From positions 255,440,001 to 255,504,000 of the forward strand of contig OZ024743.1 of NCBI GenBank assembly GCA_964016885.1: a DNA stretch of 64,000 bases. The letters are read 5' to 3'. Positions 25,481 through 39,789 of the stretch are shown piece after piece. The translations under genes and the position numbers were made by a program. Position 1 is the stretch's first letter. Every line of letters begins with the position of its first letter. The notes beneath the pieces are model-generated. The model was not told where the DNA came from. It saw only the letters and a program-made list of their open reading frames with translations, and ran no database searches. This DNA is from Eledone cirrhosa (lineage: Eukaryota).

Positions 25481-26969
25481 AAAATCAGTGATGCATCTGG
25501 ACTCAGTTTATTGCGTGTTACAATTGTTTCGCCGGCAGGTAGCTCGAGACATCATCACAGTATGGATCTGGCTGATTCTACGGCTGAAGATTCCTTCGGA
25601 CACAGGAAATTCGTTTGGAGCAAAGTTTCTCACTAGGGTGTTACCGTAAAAAAAACACCTTCAAAAAACATCTTCCACACTTGTCATGCCATTGGCTGTT
25701 GTTTTTCTACGTCATCATAAGTTCTGGTCACTATTACTTCTACACGGGTCATCAGCCATTTCTCCTCCGACCCACTTCAATGGAGCCATGCTGCGTTTGG
25801 TATCGCACACGTCTGTTCACACTCCCGAGTATGTACCCACATATACACACACACACATACATACACACGCGCAGGCACACACACACATGCATGCATACAC
25901 ATATGTACGCATACATGTGTAGACACACATACCCCCATGCTAATATACACACACACACTCTCCCTCTCTTACACATACCCAGTCACACCCACATCCACAT
26001 ACCGACCGCCACATGCCTATTGGTGCCTGCCTAAACAGCCCCATTCATTCGGTCTCAGACGCACACGTACGCGCACACGCGCGCAGACACACACGTACAC
26101 GCATACAAAGACACATATCGGCGTTCAGGCACATCTGCACATATATACACAAACACTGTCAGACACATACATAGATACACACGCACATACACGCATATCC
26201 TTATGGATAGGCATCAAGGACAGATACACTTCCAAATACATAAGCACACATACACACACCTGTACATATATCTACACACAAGTACATGTACCCGCATATA
26301 AACACATAGACAAACCCTGTCTTATGTGGGTGTACGTACGCACCCACACATACACGCACCCACTGACAGATACACACATCATATATATATATGTGTGTGT
26401 ACATAGACACACATACATATACACACGCATGCAGACACACACACGTATACACATATACATATATGTATACGCACACATATATACACACACATACACATAC
26501 ATACTTATACACACATATGTCTATATGAGTACACACAAACATACACATTTTACACACACATACGCACAAGCATATACCACCTACGCATAACCTTATATAC
26601 ATATATATATTATACATACACATACATACAAAATACACATACGTACACATAAATACATACACACATATATATAAAACTCTACATGCATACACACATCCAC
26701 ATATATACATACATATATACATGCATATATACATACACACATATATACATGTACATATATATATACATACGCACACGGACAGCCACATGCACATATGGAT
26801 ATTTGCTTACACACACATGCTTCCACATATACATATATAAACGAAACCGTAAAATACATATACAATATACAATAAAAATACAATATACAATAAAATAACA
26901 ATATAGTATACAATATAATATATATATATACATATATACATATATGCACACATATTTATACCCCCCCCC

Positions 26970-27005
<36 letters not shown>

Positions 27006-29080
27006 GGATATATGATAAAATAATACATAATAAAATGAATATATAAGCCATCCGAACACATTCCTGTGAGATGTACGCATATATATATATACACATATAA
27101 ATACACATACATATAGAGACCCATATATAGATACATACACACACATACATACGCACCCACATACACACACATACTTATACACAGCTATATATATACCCAC
27201 ATATGTACATACATGCACATGCATGCACACACACACGTATAAACCCACTCATATACGTACACATGCACACATACCCCCCCCTCCCCAAACACACACACAC
27301 ACGTATATATATATCTCTACATACATACACACATACATATACATACGCACAGGTCTATACATAAACGCACATATAAACACAATAAGATAATAAAATTAAA
27401 ATAAATAAATTTACAATATGTTAAAATACATTAAAATCTGTATATAACTTCACAAAGAGATAAATAAAAAAAGGGAGGAGGTAAAGGAGAAGGTAAGTGT
27501 ATTCATGTGATATACTACACACAGGTAGTATGAGGTGGAAACTTAGGCCCATTTATGGAACAAGTAACAATAACAAAACAATAATAACTGTAATAATAAT
27601 TGTTCCAAAGTGGAACATGTGGAGAGTATATATTAACGATTGACGGGGTTCACATTCAAGGGGACGCTTGGCCCGGTCACTTTGGGGTATACCACTGTGG
27701 TTGGGGTGTGCTGCTCTATATGTTTGGGGTATTTGACTGGACGACCCTGTACTCCGTGTTAGTCGGTCCCGGCATAGGCGATGTACCTGACCAATGTTGC
27801 GTGCTCGGTCCGATGTGCACCCTGATTTATTTATGTTTGCAAGCGGGTCGCACAATGTCATCAGGGAATGGTGTCAGATCCCTTAATCCCGTTGGGCCGC
27901 TCGGGTCTGTGCGTACTCTAACCCATGCTCTTGGGCTGTGCTACCCGGAGGATTCCATGCTGCAAATGTACATCTTCTCTGGTGTCTGCAGGTCCTGATA
28001 ATTTCAGACTTCATGTTGACTGCGTCATCTTTCAGTCTGACTATCTCCATGGCCTCGTGTAGGCATAATCGGCACTTCCTACTTCCAGTCGAGTATGCCC
28101 TCGCCTGCCGAACGATACTCCATTCCGTACGGAGTGCCTTGGTCTTTCAGGTCCAACACCAGGTCCCCTAACCTAGTGGAGTGCCTTTTGCTACGGTCCC
28201 TGAAGGAATTCGTGTGATTATACATCCGCGATTTAAAGGCCGTGGATGTTGTGCCGATGTAGGTGCGATGCGCATTTTGGATTGTAACCACACACTTGTA
28301 TATCAGTTCCTTCGTCAGGCATTTTCCCTGAGGGGACACTGGGTGTCCGCTCTGCAGTTACAAGTTCTGATGTCTGAGCCACGATCTGTTATGGCTCTCT
28401 CAGGATTCACAGGGTGTTGTTCCGCCGACACGGTGGTCTCCCCTATGCCACTCGATCCCTCATGACGTTGGATCATATCAGCTTCTGCGGGCGTTCCGGC
28501 CGCCTGTCATTTGAGGGCCGGTCCCCGGGTGGTTTGCACCTCATACTACCTGTGTGTAGTATATCACATGAATACACTTACCTTCTCCTTTACCCCCACC
28601 CACCCCATTTTTGTTTATCTCTTTGTGAAGGTATATACAGATTTTAATGTATTTTAACATATTGTAAATTTATTTATTTTATTTTGTTATCTTATTGTGT
28701 TTATGTGTAGACCTGTATGTATGTATATGTATGTGTGTATGTATGTAGATATATATATATACGTGTGTTGGGGGTGGGGTGTATGTGTGCATGTGTACGT
28801 ATAAGCATGAGTTTATACGTGTGTGTGTGAATGCATGTATATGTATGTACATATGTAAGTGTGTGTATATATATATAGCTGTGTATGAGTATGTGTGTGT
28901 ATGTGGATGCGTATGTATGTATGTGCGTGTGTGTATGCATGTATATATGGGTCTCTATATGTATGTGTTTTATATGTATATATATATATATGTTTTCATC
29001 TCACAGGAATCATATTCATTTTATTATCTATTATTTTATCATATATCGATTATATATATATATGTATAAATATGTGTGCA

Positions 29081-29144
<64 letters not shown>

Positions 29145-30475
29145 TGTATACTATATTGTTATTTTATTGTATATTGTATTTTTATTGTATATTGTATATG
29201 TATTTTACGGTTTCGTTTATATATGTATATGTGGAAGCATGTGTGTTTAAGCAAATATCCATATGTGCATGTGGCTGTCCGTGTACGTATGTATATATAT
29301 ATATGTACATGTATATATGTGTGTATGTATATATGTATATATATATGTGGGGGTGTGTATGTATGTAGAGTTTTATATATATGTGTGTGTATGTATGTGT
29401 GTGTATTTATATGTACGTATGTGTATTTTGTATGTATATGTATGTATATATATATATATATGTATATAAGGTTATGCGTAGGTATATGCGTGTGCGTATG
29501 TATATGTGTATGTTTGGGTGTGTGTGTGTACTCATATAGACATGTGTGTATAAGTATGTATGTGTGATTATACATGTGTGTGTGTATATATGTGTGCGTA
29601 TATATATATGTATATGTGTATACGTGTGTCTCTGCATGCGTGTGTATATGTGTATACGTGTGTGTCTGTATGCGTGTGTATATGTGTGTGTGTATGTGTG
29701 CTAATGTCTTTGGAGTGTGTCTGTCCTTGATGCCTATCCATAAGGATATGCGTGTATGTGCGTGTGTATCTATGTATGTGTCTGACAGTGTTTGTGTATA
29801 TATGTGCAGATGTGCCCGAACGCCGATATGTGTCTTTGTATGCGTGTACGTATGTGTCTGCGCGTGTGTGCGCGTATGCGTGCGTCTGAGACCTGATGTA
29901 TCGGGCTGTTTAGGCAGGCGCCAATAGGCATGTGGCGGTCGGTATGTGGGTGTGTGTTTGCCTGTGTATGTGTAAGAGAGGGAGAGTGTGTGCGTGTATA
30001 TATGCGCATGGGGTATGTGTGTCTACATATGTATGCGTACATATGTGTATGCATGCATGTGTGTGTGTGCCTGCGCGTGTGTATGTATGTGTGTGTGTAT
30101 ATATGTGGGTACATACTCGGGAGTGTGAGCAGACGTGTGCGATACCAAACGCAGCATCGCTGCATTGACGTGTGTCGGAGGGAGCTGGCTGATGACCCGT
30201 GTAGTGGTAATAGTGACTAGAACTTATGATGACGTAGAAAAACAACAGCCAATGGCATGACAAGAATGGATGATGTTTTTTGAAGGTGTTTTTTTTACGA
30301 TAACACCCCAGTGAGAAAATTTGCACCGAAGTGAATTGCCTGTGTCCGAAGAAACCTGCAGCCGTAGAATCAGCCAGATCCATACAATGATCATGTCTCG
30401 AGCTACCTGCCAGCGAAACAATTGTAACACGCAATAAACTGAGTCCAGATACATCACTGATTTTTCGTTTTTTTA
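25481..30475 (-). mobile_element. 5'-truncated Penelope-like element with ~2-kb inverted, microsatellite-rich arms (25481-27541 / 28532-30475)
   Basis: Unique anchors (e.g. CATCTGGACTCAGTTTATTGCGTGTTACAATTGTTTCG and AAGGTAAGTGTATTCATGTGATATACTAC) recur in reverse complement. The spacer carries a GIY-YIG remnant. Confidence 0.85.
27941..28372 (-). pseudogene. Penelope GIY-YIG endonuclease remnant (frameshifted)
   Basis: RTCNCRADTQCPL/GKCLTKELIYKC...TYIGTTSTAFKSRMYNHTNSF...STRL.../RKCRLCLHEA...NMKSEIIRTCRH. Confidence 0.85.
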
Positions 30476-30507
30476 TACTATATATATATATATATATATA
30501 GTGAAAA

Positions 30508-30985
30508 ATTGAAGAGTAACATGGGTGGCTGTACAACAAGGGGCTTTATTTCAGGTATTAACAATTGTTTCATTAATCAGGTGAGCCTTGAAACCGCTAA
30601 TCACTCGATGTTGCGTCACTCGATCTCCATTACATTATTTACCAAATCCTCAGGTATTCTGAGGATTTGGTCAGAGGTAAATAATGTAATGGAGATCGAG
30701 TGACGCAACTTCGAGTGATTAGCTACTTCTAGACTCACCTGATCAATGAAACAATTGTTAATACCTGAAATAAAGCCCCTTGTTGTACAGCCAACCATGT
30801 TACTCTTCATTCTTTCACTATTATTACTCCAAGTATAACCTACATAGGAATTCCCGCGAACTTGCTGCCTAACTATGGAAACATATTGTTGAGTCAAACA
30901 ATGCCGTACGTTAAAACTATCAACGAGGCAGAGTACTCACAACCTCTAACTGGATTACCTATAACGATAACTTGTTATCCCATAT
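30508..30985 (+). mobile_element. Non-coding ~330-bp hammerhead element with ~145-bp fold-back arm
   Basis: Hairpin 30511-30808 with apex GTATT at 30654-30658. The unique tail to 30985 ends in (TA)n. A second family member lies at 23330-23735. Confidence 0.8.
30650..30768 (+). ncRNA. Type I hammerhead ribozyme with 64-nt loop II insertion
   Basis: TCAGGTATT-CTGAGGA-T-TTGGTCAG-[64 nt]-CTGATCAA-T-GAAAC-AATT-GTT-AATACCTGA. Stem I is 9 bp, stem II is 8 bp, stem III is palindromic, and the triplet is GUU. Confidence 0.85.
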
Positions 30986-31153
30986 ATATATATATATATC
31001 ACGATAAATTAACGGAGTCATAGACTCTCGTTATTTCCTGTAAATAATGTGCTCAAAGGAAAAGGAATCCTGAGCTATTTAAAATACAATATGTTGAAAG
31101 GGTAACACACTAGAGAGAGAGAGAGATCGTGTGCCATCAATAAAACAGGGAAC

Positions 31154-31192
31154 ACATACATACATACATACATACATACATACATACATACA

Positions 31193-31221
<29 letters not shown>
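31154..31221. repeat. (TACA)n microsatellite
   Basis: Directly visible. Confidence 0.95.
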
Positions 31222-31224
<3 letters not shown>

Positions 31225-31577
31225 CTATCTGACGTACCTAGCTTCGCCCGGGTAAACAGATGATAAGAGAAGACAGGTAAAAGAGAAAATGACTGTATTG
31301 GGTGTTTGTCTGGTTACAGTATGAGGCGAGTACGTGGTGTCTGTGTGATACAAAAAACAGTAAAAACACATCTTCCAGATATACCAGATTCTTCGTTGTA
31401 CCTTTGTGCATAGTATATGAACAATTCTAGGTGCTCTCACGTAGAATAGTGACCTCTAGGAGATGGTTCCCCTTCTGCCTGACTGTAAAACGTGTATCAT
31501 TGCATAGACATGGTTGTTCCACGTTTCTCAAAAGGATGATAGAAGTTCCAATCTTTTATATTATATGTAGATAGAGA
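31225..31577 (-). mobile_element. Non-autonomous Helitron copy 1
   Basis: Minus strand starts TCTCTATCTACATATA and ends with the subterminal hairpin ACCCGGGCGAAGCTAGGT + ATAG (mutated CTAG). Duplicate of 32078-32437. Confidence 0.7.
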
Positions 31578-31593
31578 TAATTAATATAAAAGA

Positions 31594-31790
31594 TGATGCT
31601 CAGCCAGTTCGTCTTCAACCATCGCAGCGCGCTGTCGCTGCTTGGCTCCAGTGTTTCGTTGGCGTTGTTCAGACAGCTCCTCTTCATTCATGGCGGCACG
31701 TCTTCGCCTCTGAATTTCGGCGTTCCTATAGCGCTGTTCGGCCCGTTTTTCTTCATTCCTGGCTGCACCCGTCGCCGCTGTAGTTCACTG
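31594..31790 (-). pseudogene. Fragment encoding ~23-aa Arg/Glu/Gln repeats (STPR-like, as found N-terminal in Helitron RepHel proteins)
   Basis: Minus frame RNEEKRAEQRYRNAEIQRRRRAA-MNEEELSEQRQRNTGAKQRQRAA-MVEDELAEHH. It is a GC-rich island between Helitron copies. Confidence 0.5.
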
Positions 31791-32077
31791 TTTAATAAAG
31801 TCGAATTGCTTCTTTTACTTTATGTGGAACGCTGCACGCACGCACACACACACATAAACATACGCGCACCTACATACACACGCACACATAGTAATAGTTA
31901 CAGCGTTCACTTTGCCTCTCTGTTTCTTACTCTCCCCTCTCACTCCCTCATTGGCATTATGAATATTAATTTAAGTTTGGCGACGTTGCGGTGGGTGGAG
32001 TCGTTTGAAACCTATGAACCAATGATAATTGAGAATTATGACACACGGAATAATGACGTTGTTGAAATTAATATAAA

Positions 32078-32437
32078 CTAGCTGACGTACCCAGCTTCGC
32101 CCGAGTAAACAGATGATAAAAGAAGACAGGTAAAAGAGAAAATGACTGTATTGGGTGTTTGTCTGGTTACAGTATGAGGCAAGTCCGTTGTGTCTGTATG
32201 ATACCAAAAACAGTAAAAAAAAATCTTCCAGATATACCAGATTTTTCGTTTTTACGTTTGTGCATAGTATATGAACAATTCTAGGTGCTCCCCCCTAGAA
32301 TAGTGACCTCTAAGAGATGGTTTATCTTCTGCCTGACTGTAAAACGTGTATCATTGCATAGACGTGGTTGTTCCACGTTTCTCAAAAGGATGATGGAAGT
32401 TCCAATCTTTTATATTATATGTAGATATAGATATAGA
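32078..32437 (-). mobile_element. Non-autonomous Helitron copy 2
   Basis: Minus strand 5' TCTATATCTATATCTAC... and 3' ACTCGGGCGAAGCTGGGTACGTCAG-CTAG followed by T. Confidence 0.75.
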
Positions 32438-33206
32438 CAATTAATATAAAAGATGTCCGTCAATGTAGAAAAGGTCCCAATTTACTTGAAATGGTTTATA
32501 CAAATGCCAAATTAATATGGATATGGATAACATGCTTATCTATAAGTGGTCAGCTATAATAATAAAACAACAAATTATATGACACAAAAATTTATTCAGT
32601 AATTTCCAGGCCACTGAGTAATAGACAGTCAATATTGCCCAGTGTTCAACTCGGGGTGGTGGCCTGGTTTGAACTCCAAATGGCGGATCCTTCTACTTCG
32701 AAAATAGAATCGTTTTTCAATATTACTCTAACCCTGGCCGGCCATAGGAAACCAAACTTTTTGCCAGACTCAGCATAAGATGAGGTTTTATTACCACCGT
32801 TATCAGAAGCGATAAATTTGAAGGCAATTTCTACCAATACTTGTTGGTATTTATTGCTCATTATCGACAATAAATGACATTGAACAGAAATGATAACTCT
32901 GTCAAAGGTCACATTACTGATCAAAGGACACCAATGTCTGAATCATTTACGTCGAATATTCATAGCAGTGAAGGCAATTTCTACCAATACTTGTTGGTAT
33001 TTATTGTGCAACATAGCAGTGAAAGCAATTTTGTACCAATACTTGTTTCAGTTTGGCGGCGTTGAGGTGGGTGGAGTCGTTTGAAATCTATGAACCAATG
33101 ATATTCGAGAATTATGACACACGGAATACTGACGTATGAGTGTATGTGTGTGCATATATATATATATATATATATACATACATACACACACACACAGACA
33201 CACACC

Positions 33207-33249
<43 letters not shown>

Positions 33250-33429
33250 ATGTATGTATATATTTATATATATATATGCACACACATACACTCATATATA
33301 CATTATGTTTATGTACCATAGACATACATAAGTCTTGCTATGGATATCTGAAGCTGTGATCATATCCCAGCTACCTCAATAGCAATGTGAGAATGGGACA
33401 CATTTAGTTTTTTATGATTTTAATCAAAT

Positions 33430-34140
33430 CAGCATTCATATATATATATTAATACACACACACATACACACATATACATATATATATATATACACATACA
33501 TATACACGTACACATACACACACACATACACATATCCATACATACACACACACACACAAACACACACACATGTATATATAAATATATATATATATACACA
33601 CACACACAATCATACACATACACAGACGCGCGCACACACACACACATATACATACACACACATATATGTGTGCGTGTATGTATATGCGTGTGTGTGTATG
33701 TGTATCATTGTGTGTGTATATATATATATATGTATATTTATATATACATGTGTGTGTGTGTATGTATGGATATGGGTATGTGTGTATGTATGTATATGTA
33801 TATGTACATATATGTGTACGTGTATATGTATGTGTATGTATAAATATATATGTATGTGTATGTATGTATATATATGTGTGTATGTATATGTGTACGTGCG
33901 CGCGCGTTTGTGTGTGTCAGCATGTGTGTTTATCTACTTTTATACTTATTCTTTTTCCTTTCCTTCTTCATTTTCCAGCCTCACATTCATATAGATTATA
34001 TTTTTGTTTTTAAAATCCACTGTCAATATATACACCAGGATTTTTTCATTCTGATGACTGAGAACAAATTTTGTTTGCTTTCAAGAAACCACTGGTAAAT
34101 GAACTAATTATCTTATGTTGTTTATTACATAACTATATAT
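33430..34140 (+). mobile_element. Penelope 3' tail (family of 34610-39568) with fold-back of its microsatellite region
   Basis: 33900-34140 resembles 39350-39568. The AC-rich stretch 33430-33660 mirrors the GT-rich stretch 33665-33890 around CATATATG. Confidence 0.7.
34045..34103 (+). ncRNA. Type I hammerhead ribozyme
   Basis: TTCATT-CTGATGA-CTGAGAACAAA..TTTGCTTTCAA-GAAAC-CACTG-GTA-AATGAA. Perfect 6-bp stem I, stem III ACC/GGT, GUA triplet. Confidence 0.8.
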
Positions 34141-34155
34141 ATATCTATATATATA

Positions 34156-34493
34156 TCATCATCATCATCATCATTTTACGTCCGCTTTTCCCTGCTTGCA
34201 AGGGTGGGAGGGAAACTGATTCTGTCTTGATTTCTACAGCTGGATGCCCTTCCGAACACCAACGTCATTTACAGTGAGTGCTGGGTTTTTTTGACGTGGC
34301 ACCTCCACGACCACTTTGCAGTGGAATGATAGGGACCCCAGTCCTATAATCTCATGTATACAGCTGAGTAAACTGGAGCAATGTGTAATAAAGTGTCTTG
34401 CTCAAGGAAACAACACATCACCCGGTCTGAGAATTGAATTCACAACCTTTCGATTGCAAGCCCAATGCTCTAACCACTAAGCCATGTGCCTCC
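34156..34493 (-). mobile_element. Full-length CORE-like SINE with RTE tail
   Basis: Reverse-complement copy of 15102-15450. Confidence 0.85.
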
Positions 34494-34614
<121 letters not shown>

Positions 34615-34842
34615 TGTAATAAACAACATAAGGCAATTATTCCATTTACCAGTGGTTTCTTAAAAGCAAAAAATGTTGCTTTCAATCATGAGTATGAAAA
34701 AAATTCTGGTCTATTTATTGAATTGGATTTTAAAAAACAAAAATGCAATCTATATGAAAGTGAGGCTGGAGAAGGAAGAAGGGAAGGAAAAATAAAATAA
34801 AAACACACGTGCAAACGCACACACACACACACGATTATATAC

Positions 34843-34889
<47 letters not shown>

Positions 34890-35506
34890 CACACATACAT
34901 ACACACACACATATACACATATATATGTGTATATATATACATACACATACATATACACATACATACATACACACATAAATATCAACATATCCATACATAC
35001 ACATACATATATACAACCACACACATATATATACACATATATATATAGAAATATAAATATATATATATATATGCATACACATTCACATACATAGCCATAC
35101 ACACATACATATACATACATACATACACACAATCATACGTATATACACACGTAGATACAAACACATACATACACACATATATACATGCATACATATGCAT
35201 GCACAATATTAGAACAAATTTACACACCTCTACATATTCACACACGCAAATAAATATAAGAAAAAAATATATATAAAACATAATAAAGACAAAATTTGAC
35301 AGCTATAAAGGCAACAAATAAATGAAAAAACACACGTGGTAAGCAATACACACAAATGCAAGTACACATACATACGTAAAAAATAAATACATACACTCAC
35401 TCTCACACATAAATATACATATACAAATACATAAAGACATACATACGCATACACAAATACATACACACACACACATATACAAATATACACACTCATATAC
35501 ATACAC

Positions 35507-35589
<83 letters not shown>

Positions 35590-35739
35590 CATACATAGCC
35601 ATACAATTATACACATACAAATACGTTCATATCACAAACACCCACATCCAAATACAAACACACATATATATATATATATATGTGTGTGTAAAACTCATTC
35701 TTAGATAATTCATATGAACCTTATTTAACTCTAAAATAT

Positions 35740-35792
<53 letters not shown>

Positions 35793-35905
35793 CACATACA
35801 TACACATACATACTTACTAACATACACATATATACCTACACACACATATATACATACACATACGTATGCATACGTACACACACACACGTACATATACATA
35901 TATAA

Positions 35906-35998
<93 letters not shown>

Positions 35999-36292
35999 AA
36001 GAACAAAAATAATATAAAATAAATATTTTATATATAAAAATTTGACAAGTAATAAATAAAAATATATATATATATATTTAGAAAAGGGTATAAATACCCA
36101 TAGCAGACCTAGAGCACTCAACAAATTCATGGAGCAAAAGATCAATGAAAATATTCATCAAATCACTATATATACACCCTAATACAATTATACATATACA
36201 CACACACACATAAAATGATATACATACACACACACACACAAAAAACCCAACCACAGAAATACAAACACAAATACGAAAACGTATATATACAT

Positions 36293-36327
<35 letters not shown>

Positions 36328-36394
36328 CGTTATTCCGGGTTGAATCGGAGATGAATGAAACAGTTCTAGTCCTGTAGAATCTCTTCTATATTAA

Positions 36395-36469
<75 letters not shown>

Positions 36470-36747
36470 TAGGAAGAAGCCTGACCCTACGGCAGAGCTC
36501 ATGCCTTTTCTCAGGCTATTATTTAAAAACACACAAAACCATTATATAAAAAATTTATATCTAAAAATAAAAAAATGTTTGGTATGTGAAGGGTAAGGCA
36601 AAAAAATAGGGGGGAAAGGAGGGGGGAAATGACACAGGAAAATGTTTAAATATAAGGGGAGATAAGGGAGAAAGAGAATACAAGAGTACAGAACGTGGAT
36701 TCAGCAGGTAAAAAAACCGTAGTAGAAGTAAAGAGCAGGAAAGGAGT

Positions 36748-38100
36748 TCAAGGCGGTTGAGTTATCATAGTAATGTCAATCCAGTTACAGATCAGATGTG
36801 ATTTCAGATGAGGACAACATCTGAAGATCTCGGTCTTTGAGTTCAGGCAAGCAGAAGTGGCTTTCATGTTTAGCAAAATTCTATATTTTTCTGTGGTACA
36901 CAAAGATCAATTATTTGTGCCCCTTTGGTACTCCCTCGAATGGTCTAAAATAGACCAATCGATAGAGTACGGGATGTTTTTATCCTTGAATTCCCACACC
37001 TCACTTGCGAGGGCCGTTGTTCTTCGTTTATCGGAGTGCTTAAAAGAAGCGACATGTGAGTAAAACCTGGTTTTAAACCTGTCCTGGGTCATGCCGACAT
37101 ATCGCTCACTCCTGGCTGGCTGGTTGTTGATTAAAGGTGTTATTTTAGACTCATAAACAACAGATTTTATGTTACATTTGCCCTCCAATGGGCATTCATC
37201 CGGCTTCCTGCAACTGCATCCTGGATTTGTTCTCGTATGATTTGAATTAGTGATCTTGGACTTCATAGATGGGCAACAAGAGTAACTGATCTTAACTGCA
37301 TTCCTATTAAATATCTTATAATATCTATGATTAGGAGGAAAATGTTTATCTAAGAGTTCAAGGAATTTCCTTCCTACATTAGTTTTGACAGTTAGAGAGA
37401 AGGGGGGTGTAAACGAAATAATTTTCCTTTTCCTGTTATTGTGGTTAGTTTTAGGGGGGGGGGGGGGGTAAATAATAAATTTGTTCAGTAAAACCGCTGT
37501 TCATAAGGGCTTTATTATAATAAGGGGCGGCTTTATTAAAAATGTCTATAGACGAAGATAAGGTAGAAATCCTACGGCTAATGTTGGGAATAAGATTATT
37601 AAAAACTATAGGGGTGTGGCAAGACTCTTTGTGTATATACCTAAGATTTTCATTCGGTTTATGATAAGGTTTAAAATAGGCGGTAAGTAGATCAAGATTA
37701 ATATCAAGAAAGTTAGCACTGGTAAGGTTCGTATCTATAGTGATTTTAAGGTTAAGATTAGCAAAGGTATTGATTAAGTCTTTACGGAATTTATCAAGGC
37801 TATGGCCGTTGGTGGTATGAGAAACTGCCAATCCGTCATCACGGTATAAACCGATATTATGGGAAGGAAATTTCTCTTTGAGGGTGTGGAGAAGGAATAA
37901 TCCTACTAAATCACACACATCCGCACTGTCATATGAACCCATTGCAACATCAAAAGAGTTTTCAGGGTTTGACTTTTTAACCCCAACATTTTCATTAGTA
38001 AAGAGTAAAGTTTTTCTACCATAAAAGATAATGTCTTCTTCTAATTTAGAAATATTAATGAAGGGTCTTGCAAACTCTAAGGCATTAGTTAATAAGGAAA
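36748..38100 (-). pseudogene. Penelope-like RT + GIY-YIG endonuclease (frameshifted; Nematis-like motifs)
   Basis: FDVAMGSYDSADVCDLVGLFLL, GLYRDDGLA, NFLDINLDL, PYHKPN, YIHKESCH; then CSCRKPDECPLEGKC, VVYES..YVGMT..FKTRFYSH, /DLCTTEK..LNSKTE..CPH. Confidence 0.9.
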
Positions 38101-38318
38101 CAGCTGTATAATTGTATTAGGGTGTATGTATATGCATCATTATATATAGTGATTTGATGAATATTTTCATTGTTCTTTTGCTCCATGAACTTGTTGAGTG
38201 CTCTAGGTCTGCTATGGGTATTTATACCCTTTTCTAAATATATATATATATATATTTTTATTTATTACTTGTCAAATTTTCATATATAAAATATTTATTT
38301 TATATTATTTTTGTTCTT

Positions 38319-38423
<105 letters not shown>

Positions 38424-38667
38424 TTATATATGTATATGTACGTGTGTGTGTGTGTGTGTGTACGTATGCATACGTATGTGTATGTATATATGTGTGTGTA
38501 GGTATATATGTGTATGTTAGTAAGTATGTATGTGTATGTATGTGTGTATATATATATATATATGTGTGTGTGTTTGTATTTGGTTGTGCGTGTTTGTGAT
38601 ATGTACGTATTTGTATGTGTATAATTGTATGGCTATGTATGTAAGTGTGTGTATATATATATATATA

Positions 38668-38760
<93 letters not shown>

Positions 38761-39480
38761 ATGTATATGTGTGTGTATATGTGTATATATGTGCGTGTGT
38801 GTGTATGTATTTGTGTATGCGTATGTATGTGTTTATGTATTTGTATATGTATATTTATGTGTGAGAGTGAGTGTATGTATTTATTTTTTACGTATGTATG
38901 TGTAGGCGCATTTGTGTGTATTGCTTACCACGTGTGTTTTTTCATTTATTTGTTGCCTTTATAGCTGTCAACTTTTGTCTTTATTATTTTTTATATATAT
39001 TTTTTCTTATATTTATTTCCGTGTGTAGAGGTGTGTGTAAATTTGTTCTAATATTGTGCATGCATATGTATGCATGCATATATGTGTGTATGTATGTGTT
39101 TGTATGTACGTGTGTATATACGTATGATTGTGTATATGTATGTATGTATGTATGTATGTATCTATGTATGTATGTATGTATGTATGTATGTATGTATGTA
39201 TGTATGTATGTATGTATGTATGTATGTGTGTATGGCTATGTATGTGAATGTGTATGCATATATATATATATATATTTCTATTTCTATATATATGTGTATA
39301 TATATATGTGTGTGGTTGTATATATGTGTGTATGTATATAATCGTGTGTGTGTGTGTGTGTGTTTGCATGTGTGTTTTTATTTTATTTTTCCTTTCCTTC
39401 TTCTTTCTCCAGCCTCACTTTTATATAGATTGCATTTTTGTTTTTTAAAATCCAATTCAATAAATAGACCAGGAATTTTT

Positions 39481-39535
39481 CTTTCTGATGATTGAAAGCA
39501 ACATTTTTTGCTTTTAAGAAACCACTGGTAAATGG
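39481..39535 (+). ncRNA. Type I hammerhead ribozyme at the outer end of the Penelope inverted arm
   Basis: CTGATGA-TTGAAAGCAA-CATTTT-TTGCTTTTAA-GAAAC-CACTG-GTA-AATGG. Stem II is 10 bp, stem I is partly decayed. The mirror copy at ~34640-34690 has a mutated core. Confidence 0.75.
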
Positions 39536-39632
39536 AATAATTGCCTTATGTTGTTTATTACATAACTATTAAGCTCTGTTACCTACATAGAGCACTCTTT
39601 TTCCTGGACTTTTCCGACGGAATTACTTCATT

Positions 39633-39687
<55 letters not shown>

Positions 39688-39689
39688 GA

Positions 39690-39789
39690 GTGTGGTAAGA
39701 TACCAAGTGGACCATAACACACTAGCGTAATCAATACTAGCTGTCGAAACAGTCGGAGCTTAGCCGTCGGGGTCCTGACTATTTTCCTT

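Noticed and set aside
36907-36909. In-frame TGA at a conserved Cys position of the Penelope endonuclease (possible selenocysteine)
   Set aside because: The downstream conserved DLCTTEK is in a different frame. A 2-nt TG deletion explains it, so it is a frameshift and not Sec read-through.
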